Shown here: piece by piece, positions 12,296 to 24,424 of the stretch
How positions within the stretch are numbered: position 1 is the first letter of the stretch
How the letters are laid out: each line of letters starts with the position of its first letter
Assembly: GCF_037042905.1 (NCBI RefSeq)
Contig: NC_087245.1
Location: 20,586,001 to 20,650,000, forward strand
Length of the DNA stretch: 64,000 nt
Source: Lytechinus pictus
Taxonomy: Eukaryota
Reading direction: 5' to 3'
Position numbers and translations under genes: made by a program
The notes under the pieces: generated by a model
Seen by the model: the letters and a program-made list of their open reading frames with translations, nothing else
Told to the model about the DNA's origin: nothing
Databases searched by the model: none

Positions 12296-12336
12296 TCACT
12301 TGATAAAGAGTTGCAGCGGCACTCGAAAGCTCGTGA
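12296..12336 (+). ncRNA. Minimal type I hammerhead ribozyme (U3-A8 core variant) in the PLE pLTR
   Basis: Stem I TCAC/GTGA; core TTGATAA(A); stem II GAG-T-TGC(AGCG)GCA-CTC; GAAA; palindromic AGCT minimal stem III; UC cleavage site at 12331-12332. Confidence 0.75.
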
Positions 12337-12828
12337 ACTTGTAAGCTAGTGAACACTTTTTGCGAGAGTGATCACGAATTTCCTAGAAAGCCAGTGAACA
12401 CTTTTTGCGAGAGTGATCACGAATTTCCTTGTTGACCATAGTAGATTGCGAGACAAATGAATACCCTCTAGCGATTATTTCAATCCGCAATAATGAACCT
12501 ATTTAGTATATTGACCTAGTTCATGAAACTTATTTTTTTGTTAAATGTCAAAACTTTGAAAGTACATGTAAATGGATCTGCATGTAGTTCATAAAACTTG
12601 GACATCGGAGTAGTCAGGTATCAGTGATCATCCTGTCTGAGTTTCAGGTCATATGACCAACTTCAAAGGTAATTTATGGTTAATGAACTTTGGCCTTATT
12701 GGGGGTATTTTCTTGAATTGCCATCACAACTTTGAAAGTTTACGGATAGTTCATGAAATGGGGACATAGGGATAAACAAGTATCACTGGTCATCTTCAAC
12801 AATTCCTAGGTCATTTAATGTCATTTAA

Positions 12829-13465
12829 CCCTAAAAGAGCCGGGTTATTTGGACCCATCTCACAGCCGAGGGGGAACGGAATCCGCCCCCCCCCCCCCCC
12901 CCGAGATCTCGGCCGTCGATCACACGAGCGCCGCAAAAATTTGCCCAGTGGTAGTGTGCGATAAAATCTACAAGGCTGTTATTCACAGACTCTTTGTAGG
13001 ATTCTGATCAAATGTACATCAAAAAAAATTTGATATCACAAATTTTGTCTTATGTATTTATTGTTTTTTTAATTTCTTATTTATTTCTCTGTTTTTTTAC
13101 TTTTTGTATTTTTTTTTATGGAAATTGTTGCAGACTTAATTCTGATCATAAAAAAGACAAAATTAATTAATTTCAATCAGTAAAAGTAGAAATAATGATA
13201 CATTTATGTATTTTGGCTAAATACACAATTTGCATTGGATTTGTACGTGAATTCACGTTTTTGAGCAATTTTGGGTCTGACATGCACTTACATAATATTG
13301 CGTAATTTCGTTACCTCATACCTGGGCATCGCAAATTTGATCTCAAAAGTTGCGCGAGACTTGAAACTAAAAAGTCAGTGAGCGGTGCGGTCAAAAAATT
13401 TCGCACGGCGGATTTATCGCCAAAAATGTCGAGTGGGCATATTCTGTCCCCCGGGCCTTTTAGGG
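12829..13465. mobile_element. piggyBac-type MITE
   Basis: TIR CCCTAAAAG(AG/GC)CCGGG with TTAA on both sides (12825-12828, 13466-13469). Confidence 0.8.
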
Positions 13466-13929
13466 TTAAAGTCAATGAACATGTTTAGTTCTATAATGTT
13501 TGGCTTGCTTAAACTGTACCAAAAATTACTAGCACTCAATCTATGATAACGTGATACAATTTAACACGGATTTAGAAAGACTTTCTCTCAAAATGTTGCT
13601 CGCTGCAAGTTTGACTTGGTTAATAATGATTTTAAAAACATTTTTAAGGTGCCAAATATGGATGTTTCAAAATGCAGGGTTGAGCTGATTAACTAATACA
13701 AACAAATCTACTAACAATTAAAAAAATACAGAAAACACTTATAGTGAAAGAAGCGAGTTTTGAGTAATGATTTGAATGATTCCATTGAGGAAGCATTTTG
13801 AATTTATGGGTTGGGAGTTTGCTCTAGAGGGTGGGAGCAATTATAGAAAGGTGCAATCCCCTTATCTGGTCCTCGGGGAGGGCTGTGATTTGAATTACAA
13901 GAGGATGAACAGGGAGGGATCTGACAGAA

Positions 13930-14270
13930 GAGGAAGAGCAGAGGGAGATAAGATCAGTGAGTAATTTTGTGTGCTGTGAGTTGAATTTTAAAGGATATAC
14001 AAGAGTGGTCCGGAAGCTGATGACATGATCTAGGATAGGTGAGATGCGTTTGCTTTTCTTACTGAAGGTAACCATTCTTGCTGCAGTGTTCAGGATTCAC
14101 TGAAAGGGAGAGATGGAAGAAGCAGGGAGGCCAGCAAAGAAGGAGTTGCAGGAGTCTAGATGGGTTGAGCTAAAGCATCAATGATTCTTTCAGTAGAGAC
14201 TTTGTCGAGAAGTCTCCTGAGCTGACTGATATTAAATAAACCCCATGGCACTGATTTGCTGGAATTTCCT
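13930..14270 (-). mobile_element. Decayed L2/CR1-type LINE ORF2 3' fragment
   Basis: - strand translation gives LDSCNSFFAGLP...NTAARMV...ISPIL, matching the L2 pattern LDYCNSLLxGLP...NxAAR...I(T/S)PxL. Frameshifted. Confidence 0.7.
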
Positions 14271-15243
14271 ATTTCTGACTGATGAGGAAGGGGTAGTCCA
14301 AAGTGACAACAAGGTCTTCAACAGAGTCCAACATCTTCAGAAAATTCCTCCCCAGTATTGGAATTCTGGTAGAGGCTCTGTAGCTCTGAACATTTATGAG
14401 AAATGTATCAGTTCTGATTTTCTTTCGTTGAGACGAGGGCTGTTCTTGGCTGATTAGACCTTGATATCCTTGAGGCAGTCAATCAGTGCATTGCATTGAC
14501 AGCTTTGGATTTATGGTCTGTTTCCATGGATATGTAGATTCGGGTGCCTTCTGCATACATAGCATAACATATATCTTGATGTTCAGTAATTATTTTCTTG
14601 AGAGGACCCATACAAAGAAAAAATTGGAGGCCCATAACGGCACAACAGAACTTTGGGGAACTCCACAGCTCGAAACAAAAGCTGCTGAGCAAGTCCTGTT
14701 GATCATAATCTGCTGTGTATGGTCTTTTAGATATGACTTAATCTGATGTAGAGCATTCCCAGTAATGGGATAGTCTGCTTCCTCCTTATATCACCGAAAC
14801 ATTATCACTGCCACTATTGTAAAGAGCTCTGTGCTCTTGTCAGTTATTCCAATGACCTGCTTCAGTACTTTTCTTGCAAATGCAGAGTGTATAACCAGGA
14901 AGTATTGTCATCATTTCTCCTCAAATCTTGATTTAGCAAAGAAGATATTGATTGATCATATACTTGAGGTGGAAAGGTCATTTTGCAATGATACAAAATG
15001 GTTTATGGTTTACTGTAAACAGATATCAACTCCACTAAATTCTTATTTTATTTCAAATAGTATCTGGGCATATCTTGATTTTCTGTTCATATCATCTTCT
15101 TATGGATTTGATTGCAGTGTAAATTGGCTATTTTATAATGGTCTAACTGAATTAATGAATGGTTCCTTGTATGTTACGCTTCATTGTATTTTTGAATTAT
15201 GAACAAAAAAGTAATTTTGGTGCATCTCTTTTTTTTTTTTTAG

Positions 15244-15491
15244 GTGACATGATGTTCTGGTATGCCAACATGAGACACCATACGGAAGTCATCCATGGCT
15301 GCTCCCTTAGCTTTAGTTTCCGCATACAAACTCCAGTACCGAAACTCTACTTTACGGAGCAGCGAAGACTCATCTCTGACCTCGCTGATGAGGACCGATA
15401 CAGGTTGTATGAAGAGACGCACACTCAAAATAAGTTCTTCCTTGATAAATGCCATCTTGTCATGAAATATGATCAGGTCTTCCTTAATTGA
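15244..15491 (+). CDS. JmjC oxygenase terminal coding exon with the distal His
   Basis: Poly-T tract plus AG acceptor. (G)DMMFWYANMRHHTEV completes the LxPGDxxFxxxxxxH pattern of JmjC domains. TGA stop at 15489-15491. Confidence 0.87.
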
Positions 15492-15957
15492 TCCTAGGGT
15501 TCTACAGATTTTTTCCATTGTATCATTTACTGGTAATATTTATTTGCATGAATATTTTGTATCGTTACTAGGCCTGAGAGTGAAACTCAAATAATCAATG
15601 TATTCGACCAGTTTACAAACAATCAGCAACCAAATACTACTTATTCACGTTAATCAAGTGTTCACCAGATGTTGATTATTGATTTGAGATTTTTCGATTA
15701 TCAAAGTTCATGGCTATAATCTTTGATATTTGGAACGGCCCAATGGAAATTGGTGAAAAATAATTGACACGATCCATGCAACTGCTAAAATTACTGACAT
15801 CTTCCCATTTGTTTGCTTGGCTGAGAGAAAATTGCCCGTGTGAAACTAGCAGTTGTTACTGATTTCAAATCTTTATTTATAAAAACAGGGACCGAGAGAG
15901 ACACTCCCACTTTGCCAGTTTGGGACTAGTCCTGAAATGTGCAAAACAGAGATCCAA

Positions 15958-16169
15958 GGGGGTGTTTCACAAAGATTCAAGTATGACTTAGAGTCGCACT
16001 TAAATATCTAGTTGCGCACAGTATAAAAGGCATGACAGTATTGATCAGATCATGCCAAGAGGACACGCACTTCTGCGTATTGATCAATAAGTTTGCGTGT
16101 TACATGTCATGTACACGTCGGCATTTAAGTGCAACCTAAGTCATACTTCAATCTTTGTGAAACACCCCC
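15958..16169. mobile_element. Harbinger-like MITE
   Basis: gggggtgtttcacaaagatt(c/g)aagtatgacttag inverted termini of about 34 bp. Confidence 0.75.
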
Positions 16170-17242
16170 TGGAAATACTTCAGAAATTTGAATGACTGAA
16201 GAAAATTTATACTTTGTTGTTAATTCTTGATAGCGGATATGTTGGTTAATGAATTGGAAAAAAATAATGAAAGTAGATGAAAGTGATGGGGCTATGGAGC
16301 AAGGATAATTTTTTTTCTTTTTTTTTTAATGGCTGTGATGTTTTAGATGTCAACTCAGATATATCTTGAACAGAACTTGATCAGTTTTGTGGATTTTTGA
16401 AATGATATTTTGTATACAGTACATATATTTGTTAGACATGAGTCTCCTTGTAAATCTTGTGCAATGATTCCTTAAATAATTTGAATAAATGTTAAAGTTT
16501 GAAAACCTTCATACTTTACTAGAGAAAGGTAATGTATATTGAGTGCTAGAATGAGCTGTGCAATATTTGGAAATAATCATGCACATTTCGAAATTATTTA
16601 TTGATTTTGTGCCAAATATACCTGACGAATAAAGTAATATACAGATAGCGAATACCTAGGCATGAGTGCGATAGTGAGAGATTTCGCATAAGGTGAAAGA
16701 AAGATGCTCTATTCAACGAGGTGTTAGCTGAGTTGAAATAAAGTGTCTCTTTTTTTAAACAAATGCAAAATCTCGCGCCATTGCACGAATAATAATATTT
16801 GTTTTTTGTGTTGTACAACGCCTCGGAAGTTAATACGAACAATAATCGTTTTTTCCAACGTAAATCTATGAAAATAACAAAGAAAATTTTTAAAGTGAAA
16901 GGAAAAGCCTTTCAAACGCGCATCTGATCTGCAGCAGCAATGCGCATTTTAGCCAGTATGCCCGGCCCTATGCGCATTGCACCTGCATTTACTAAGTGCA
17001 TGCAATGCATTGAATCATTTTTATAGTGATAGCACCTTTTCCTGACTCGTGCAACGGTACATTATGGACGGTACGTGTGCAATGGTACAAATGTTTCACA
17101 TTCAGCCTCTCATTTGCCCGCGTACAACAAGCTAAGTAGACATTGTACAATTGAAGTTGATACCGCCATGATATACATCAACAAGTGCATTAGTGAGAAT
17201 TACAAGATAAGTTAGGAACTGTTTTAACACATCTTCTGGATT

Positions 17243-17628
17243 ACAACTTTTTACTTTTAAAGGTTGGCAGCTCTGTATAATACTTTAGAGTTCAAATATA
17301 AACATACTGTGCACTATCAGTTATTACTGGCGATATTAGCCCCGCCCACAGGATCAGAGATTGATTGCGCATCCATTTAGACGTTAGTGCCTCGTTGCCT
17401 GAAGTGTTGATTGATCTTCATTCAGATCTTGTAACAATTACGACTTTTTACTTTTTAAGGTTGGCAGCTATACTTCACATATATATAATAACATACTGTG
17501 CACTATCAGTCATTACTGGCGATATTAGCCCCGCCCACAGGATCAGATATTGATTGCGCATCCATTTAAACGTTATTGCCTCGTTGCCTGAAGTGTTGAT
17601 TAAACTTCATTCAGATCTTGTAACAATT
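17243..17628. repeat. Local tandem duplication (~190-bp unit x2)
   Basis: aaggttggcagct...gatattagccccgcccacaggatcaga...cttcattcagatcttgtaacaatt occurs twice. Confidence 0.85.
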
Positions 17629-20600
17629 GACGATCTGCCACCACTTGCTACTGATAGTGCTAGTAATCGCAAGTAGGAAAAGAGAATACATCACTTCCTT
17701 GTTTGTCACGAATTTGTTTCCAATGTCATTCAGTTAATAATGATAAAATGGATCTGGCATTTGGCTCTCATATTTCCTCCAATACACATTCTCTGCTTAG
17801 ATGATAAGACTTAATTTGAGCAACATTTATCATGCTTTGTCAGGAGTGCCCTTATCACTTATCATTAGAAAATCTGACAATATGACAACAACCATTGTTT
17901 TTAGGAGAAACAAAATCCAGGATTTGTGCCAAGTCACATCACTTTTTTTACTAAACAACAAATGCCCTTGAAAATTTTAAGTAGCAATTTCTATTTGAAT
18001 CAAGTGCCATTGAATGTTAGAATCATATCAGCAAAAAAATTAAAAGGGAATCCAACCCAAGTCGAATGGTGGAAGTGTGAACAAATCTGAGAAACAATTA
18101 AATTCATGAATTTTTAAAATTTGTAAAAAGTTGTAATCACTATAGCTATGAGGATTTCTAATTGGCTACATAAGTGATGCCCTTTTGATGAAGGTTAGGG
18201 GCATGTCTTTATTTTTGCTTCAATACACAAAATGGCTAGATTAACTTTTTCCTCTGAAAAGTTCTGCTCGGAATGATGTTATTTTTTAATGAAGACAATG
18301 ATATACTATCTATGAATGACACAACAAATGGTTGAATTATCCTTTTACCACTTGCATTATTGATCAACCAAGTTGCCAATTTGATATTTTAAGTACTGGT
18401 ACACCTAGTCTTAGTGTTTTTCATTTTTGTGATAGCCCAAAATTTCTTACTCTGGGTTTGATACCTTTCAGACTTTCATAATTTTTTGATTATTTTTCAT
18501 CTTAACCAACCATTTTACTATCAAGGTTGGATTTCCCAATAAGATAATTTGTGAATGACTATCTCTGAAAACTGAAGCAGTAGTATTGTTAAAATAACTT
18601 CTTATCATGTTTAATGGTGTTTATCTCAAGTTGATGAACCTTGCAATCACTAAACATAATCCCATTCGCTCTGATGATAAAAATTATCTCATGTGTGTTT
18701 CCTTTTGATCACCTGTACATGTCATTACCCTTTCAATTCATTCATTCATGTGCATTTATTTCGTTCATACATTAAAAATAAAATTTACAAAACATATTGG
18801 AGTATACAAGAAATATAAATAATTCATGAAACGAGGAGACAGCTTAGAAGGCAGAGAAGCCTTATTGGTGCTGCCAACAATAGAACAAAGTATAAATTAA
18901 TACAAAAAACATACAACACCTAAAAAACCTAAATATGTAACATAAACAAAGTAACGATAAAGCCTGAATTATAGAAAATGATTTAAGTAGTGTAATTGTC
19001 AATTAAATATGATTTTAGTTCCTTTTGAAAACGGAAAGGGAAGGGCTATCTTTTATATATAAAGGAAGGTTGTCCCATTTTTTTGACCAAAGGATCTCAG
19101 CTCTGACACCCAATTGGAATGCAACTTTTTTTTTTTTTTTTGGCTAAATTTCACAATTTTTTTTTAGAAAATAGCATTATTTGAATGAATTTGCATGTGA
19201 ATATCACACACATGTGAAATATTGAAAGTCCTGAAAAACTGATGAACTTTTTTTTTACTTTGGGTTTCTTGTATTATTTATTGATGTAAATGTAGAAATA
19301 GAATTTCAATCTAATATGTACAAAAATTAAGAGTATTGAGTTTTAATCGATTCATTTTTTTTAGTATGCTTCAGAGTTTCAATGATATAAAATCAATTAA
19401 GAATTTGTAAATGACAGACAATATTTTTGACATTTTCAATTACATTTATTGCATGATAAACTATTGTATGCAATCTTGATTTTCAGCAATATGTACATGT
19501 ATGTTAGTGAAGTTATATAATAATATACAGAGTGCATTGTAATATAACATATTGAGGTTAATTTATATCAAGTAGTGTAAAAGTTTCATATCAGATGTGA
19601 GCTGTTCATGGAATACACTCCCCTCTACCATCCGAACAACACCAACCATATCATCTTTCAAACGACAACTCAAGTCATATCTTTTTCCAAATATCTAGTT
19701 TTCTATTTTCATTTATTTAATATGTATTTGTTCTGATGATATTTGCTATCACTGTTTGGTTTGACTTGGCTAACCCATCTGGGGCCTGGTGGCCTCAAGT
19801 GCTATACTAGAGCTTCTGTGAATGATGTGCTGACCGGGCTTGTCCCTTAAATTGTTGGTGAACGAAGCAGCAAGCAAGAGGCCACCAGGCCTCATCTGGC
19901 GCAGTTGAGAACACCAATAGTTGGTGCAATTTAATGTATACAATTCTATACTTTTTTGTTACTTAATATTTATATTTATATTTTATTTCTGACAATTGTA
20001 AGCGGAGTGATACTTTTTGTGTATAGCGCATATAAATTACCATTATTATTATTCAAACTATTGTTGTCGTCAGAGGTACATGTAGTTGAATATTGATAGC
20101 TTGGGCTGTATCACAATTGTAAAGTTTTCTCTGCATCAAGTTGGTTTTATAGAGTAATGAAACAATGACGTCAGTTGCCATGGTGTCATGGCGGTCTGGT
20201 TCTAAACAAATGAACCCGGAATGAAAGCGTGTGTTTCTCATAGGAGAAAATGGCTGCTATCAGAATGATCGCTTGCAACCAAATTTTCAGACGAGCCAAA
20301 ATGCGTACAGACGATCGTCAGGTGTGACTCTGTTTAGAACCAGCCTGCCATGACACCATGGCAACTGATGTCACACTTCAATACTCTGTTGATAACAACT
20401 GGTAACAAAATAAAAAAAATACTCACAGAATTGAACAAAAAACTGTAAATAAATGATATCTACCTAACATATTTTAATGTTATTTACCAAACACAACACT
20501 TTACAAAACACCCCCCTGGAGGTCTAATTATGTAACACCGTTTTCTCTGACAGCTCATATCTTTTGTTTCAAATTTCTATGCAAATTCCTGGCCATTGTT

Positions 20601-22605
20601 CTTGCCATCATTAGTTCAGTGTCTGCATTCCTTTAATGGAGTAGCCACCCCATCACAAAGCTGGATTTACTAAAATCAGAAAAATAAAACAATGGGATTC
20701 ATATGTGATGCATATAATGTTTATGGGGAGCTGATCAAATGTAAGGCCTTAATAGGCCTTGCTAATCCCCTACATCCACTGCATGTTGGTTCTACCCTTT
20801 CCATTTGTTATTATATTGATTTATAAATCGATTGTTCTTTTTATTGTTTATATGTTGTATATTGTACCTTTTTAATGGATGTGAATAAATTGAATTGAAT
20901 TGAAATGTTCATCACAAATTTATAACATACATTCAGAACTTTAATTCATATTCTTTGGATTTTCTCAAGCATTTATTGATATGTTTCATTGTTTTACTTT
21001 TATCATGACAGACTTAATGGTAGGGTCAAGTTCAGTTACACTGTCCTCTCATGTGCTTATCTATGTCTGTGATCTTCAATGTGATCAGTTCTTAGCCTAC
21101 AGTGTAGATTCCATGATTTTACAAAGTAAGACTAATGAAAATTAATCAGATCTATGCAAGAGATGGTGAGGTCTATACCTTGACTCTAATACCTTTTCTT
21201 GAAATAAGTGTTTGCTGCAACCTCATTATTTAGTCTTAGAAAAAAAGTGCAAATTCCAGACCAGGTACTACAAGATCTGAAGGAGGGGTTCGGATCTGAC
21301 CTGCTTCCCATAAGTGTCTAGTTTGAAACATCAAATGCAATTAACACCTTTGATCGCAGTTTCCAGTGACCTTTTTGTCTTTGTATCCCTGCTTTGTTTG
21401 TTTAGCTATTTTTGTATAATTTGTGTTTATCTCCCATTTTCTTTTCAGAGTCATTTCCTTATTTCATCCACATTGTTCTACAGTTCACATGAACTTATTG
21501 GATGAAAATGAAAGTTCACACATTCAATCAATCAATTATTAAGTCAAGCTTATGGATAATCTATCAACATTTTGTATTGAACATCTTTGAAAAACTTAGT
21601 GGAAAAGGCCTATTATTTACAACCCTTGATTGTGATGATTTCGTCTGCCTCCCTCTAAGAATTTTGTCAGACTTTTTTATGCATGCAAGTTGAATTTTCA
21701 ACATGTCCAAACTTCCAAAGTTTGGAACAACTAGTGTCATATGCCAACCTCTAGATACATATAAAGACCAGTACCGGCCACCGGACCGGCCACCAAGAAA
21801 CATTATTAATGCTAACAGTGCACTAACAGAGACTACAACTTGCAATGTCAAATTGATGCCTCATGTCACCACCATCGTGGATCAATGTTTGACAGTACAA
21901 TCTGAAAGATGTGACTTGGCCTGTTAGTGCTATGTTGGTTCCATGACATTTGCTCTGGCGACAATTGCTCTGATGGTAAATCTGCACATTATTGAGCCAA
22001 ACATAAAACCTTACCTCCAAAACTAAATAAAACCTAATCCTTATCTATAAATTATTCTGACCAAAAACTCTATTACAAGCCAAACTCTAACCCTTAAGTC
22101 CTCTGAGATATATTAAGACCAGAGCAAATGTTGTATCATTGCTCTGTTAAGTGCTATCAATATTCCTGTTTGGCCGATATAGAAGAAATCATGAAAAAAC
22201 AATCAGATGAGTGTCTTACACGTTTTTGGTCAATGGCTGTTTGTAACAGGTCTATAGTGCTACAGTGGCTCCAAGGAAACAGAATCCAGATGGATCAAAG
22301 CTATTACAGACCATATCGAATGGCATATTATCAATTGGTTTCATTGGTCTAACTGTAGCATAAGGAAGTTCCTCAATCGGGGCAACAATTCTGTGTTGAA
22401 AGGGGCATTTGATGTAATTTTACAATGTAATGTATTCATATATATCTCATCTTCTTATTTTGTATTAAAGATAATCTACTAGGTTGCAACCTAGACATTT
22501 CAATTTTGTGTCATCTCAGTTGAACTTTGAATGTAGTTGACCTGTGATTAGTATCTGCAATGTGTCAGAGAGAGTGGTGTGCCATTAGAATATAAAGTGA
22601 GTCCA

Positions 22606-22781
22606 GGGGGGCCGTTTCATAAAGCTATTCGTAAGTTAAGAGCGACTTTAAGAACGACTGGTGAACCTTTCCTATGCACATAACCATCACCAATGAATGT
22701 ATCATTTACCACAAGAAAGGATCACCAGTCGTTCTTAAAGTCGCTCTTAACTTTATACGAACAGCTTTATGAAACACCCAC
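22606..22781. mobile_element. Harbinger-like palindromic MITE
   Basis: About 60-bp inverted repeats gtttcataaagct...gttaagagcgactttaagaacgactggtga. Confidence 0.75.
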
Positions 22782-23162
22782 CTGGATGCTATATGACATG
22801 TTAACAGCATATTTTGATAACTGGACATTTTGGTAATGATAAGGCCATTTTGTGTACCACCTTCTTCATGCAAACTGCTTTGTTTCTTTACGTTAATAAA
22901 GTGATAATGCATGATTTTAACCCCAGCATTACTAACGCATAATGCAACTATAATGTTCACCAAAGTCAAAATCACTTTATGTTCATTCGCGCATGAACAG
23001 ATATCAACCATAGAGTAAATTTATGTAACTTTATTGTATACTTTTGTTTGATCACTGATGGATGATTTGTAAACCTTAAAGATCATTATCATTTGAATTT
23101 TTGATAGATGAAATGATATCCTTTCATTTCATACTCATTACACAATTCTTAATATTTTAATT

Positions 23163-24030
23163 GATTATACCCCCACCAAACAAAGTTTGAAGGGGTATAT
23201 AGGAATCAGTGTACAGTTGGGCGTTCAGTCCGTCCATTGCGAGTCTTGCACATCGAACTACTTCCTCAGTTTTTAACCAATATATGAAATGATATCCTTT
23301 CATTTCATACTCATTACACAATTCTTGATATTTTAATTGATTATACCCCCACCAAACGAAGTTTGAAGGGGTATATAGGAATCAGTGTATGGTTGGGCGG
23401 TCGGTCCGTCCGTTGCAAATCTTGTGCATCGAACTACTTGCTCAGTTTTTAACAAATTTTCATGAGACTTGGCACACATATTAGTGTTGGGGTAAAGATG
23501 TGCAAGACACATTTTTGTGTGTGTCGGAAATGTTGTTGCCATGGTAACAGGATAGTATGGCAAAAATAACATAAAAATCTTGCAGTTTGAACTACTTCCT
23601 CAGTTTTTAACCCATTCTCATGAAATTTGGCTCACTCATTGGTTTCAAGTTAAAGATGTAAGAGACGCAAATTTTGTGTTGTGTATGTTGGAAATAGAGT
23701 TGCAATGGTAACATATTTATATGCCCCAAATTAGGTAAAAATTGTGTGGTTCGTACTTCTTCATCTGTTTTCAACCAATTCTCATGAAATTTGGCTCACA
23801 CATTGGTCTTGAGGTAAAGATGTACAGGACATATGTTTCCATGTGTTAGAAATTGTGTTGCCATGGTAACAACATATATGTTAAAAAATTAGGCAAAAAT
23901 CTTGCGGTTTGAAATACTTCATCTGGTTTTAACCAATTCTCATGACATTTAGCTCACGCATTGGTCTTTGGGTGATACGAGGCAAGACATTTTTTCCCCA
24001 TGTGTTGGAAACTGTTGCCATGGATATCAC
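23163..24030 (+). mobile_element. DINE-1/Helentron-like element with a duplicated 5' end
   Basis: ttataccccc...ggggtatataggaatc 5' inverted repeat followed by GTCC-type microsatellite, present at about 23165 and 23341. Internal gttgccatggtaac subrepeats. A related decayed copy lies at about 10095-10560. Confidence 0.7.
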
Positions 24031-24263
24031 CTTCAGTGATAGTTTTAGTTTCATTCATATTGACAAGAATTGAAACTTAGATATCAAATCTTGTGAACAA
24101 AAATTCAATGGAAGGAATTTTCACTTGAATTTTTATTCATCAAAAATGGATGTAAGATAAGAAAATTATGACAGTATAAAGTTTCACGTAATTTTCCCAA
24201 GTAGTTATATGCACATCCTGGTCGGTATGCAAATGAGATGGGGGGGGCAAAGACATCTTTTTG

Positions 24264-24424
24264 AGGAATTACTTCCTGCCGGTACCCATTTACCTCACCT
24301 GGGTCAAGTGCAGCACAGTGTGGATAAATTTCTTGCTGAAGGAAAACGCCATGGCTAGGATTCAAACCCACGACCCTCTGTTTGAAAGGCGAGAGTCAGA
24401 ACCACTAGACCATGACGCGCCCAC
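24264..24424 (-). mobile_element. tRNA-derived SINE head fragment
   Basis: Reverse-complement similarity to the 3330 SINE head and central domain. Lies within a decayed Kolobok-type MITE. Confidence 0.8.

Larger units (their letters stand above)
10890..12504 (+). mobile_element. Penelope-like retroelement, 5'-truncated, with inverted pLTRs
   Basis: RT-thumb/GIY-YIG ORF between 281-bp inverted repeats (10888-11168 and 12197-12477). A 27-bp 3' extension follows. 14-bp TSD AGTATATTGACCTA at 10876-10889 and 12505-12518. Confidence 0.95.
10560..13483 (+). mobile_element. Second copy of the same Helentron-like family, interrupted by the PLE and a piggyBac-type MITE
   Basis: 5' end tttttgtcttgcctgcatagcagagggagactattggcgccgc matches 2968-3015. 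Subrepeats resume after 12518 and after 13469. Confidence 0.7.

Noticed and set aside
10888..12477. Interpretation as a TIR DNA transposon
   Set aside because: The enclosed ORF is PLE RT-thumb/GIY-YIG rather than a DDE transposase, and the inverted arms are pLTR copies.
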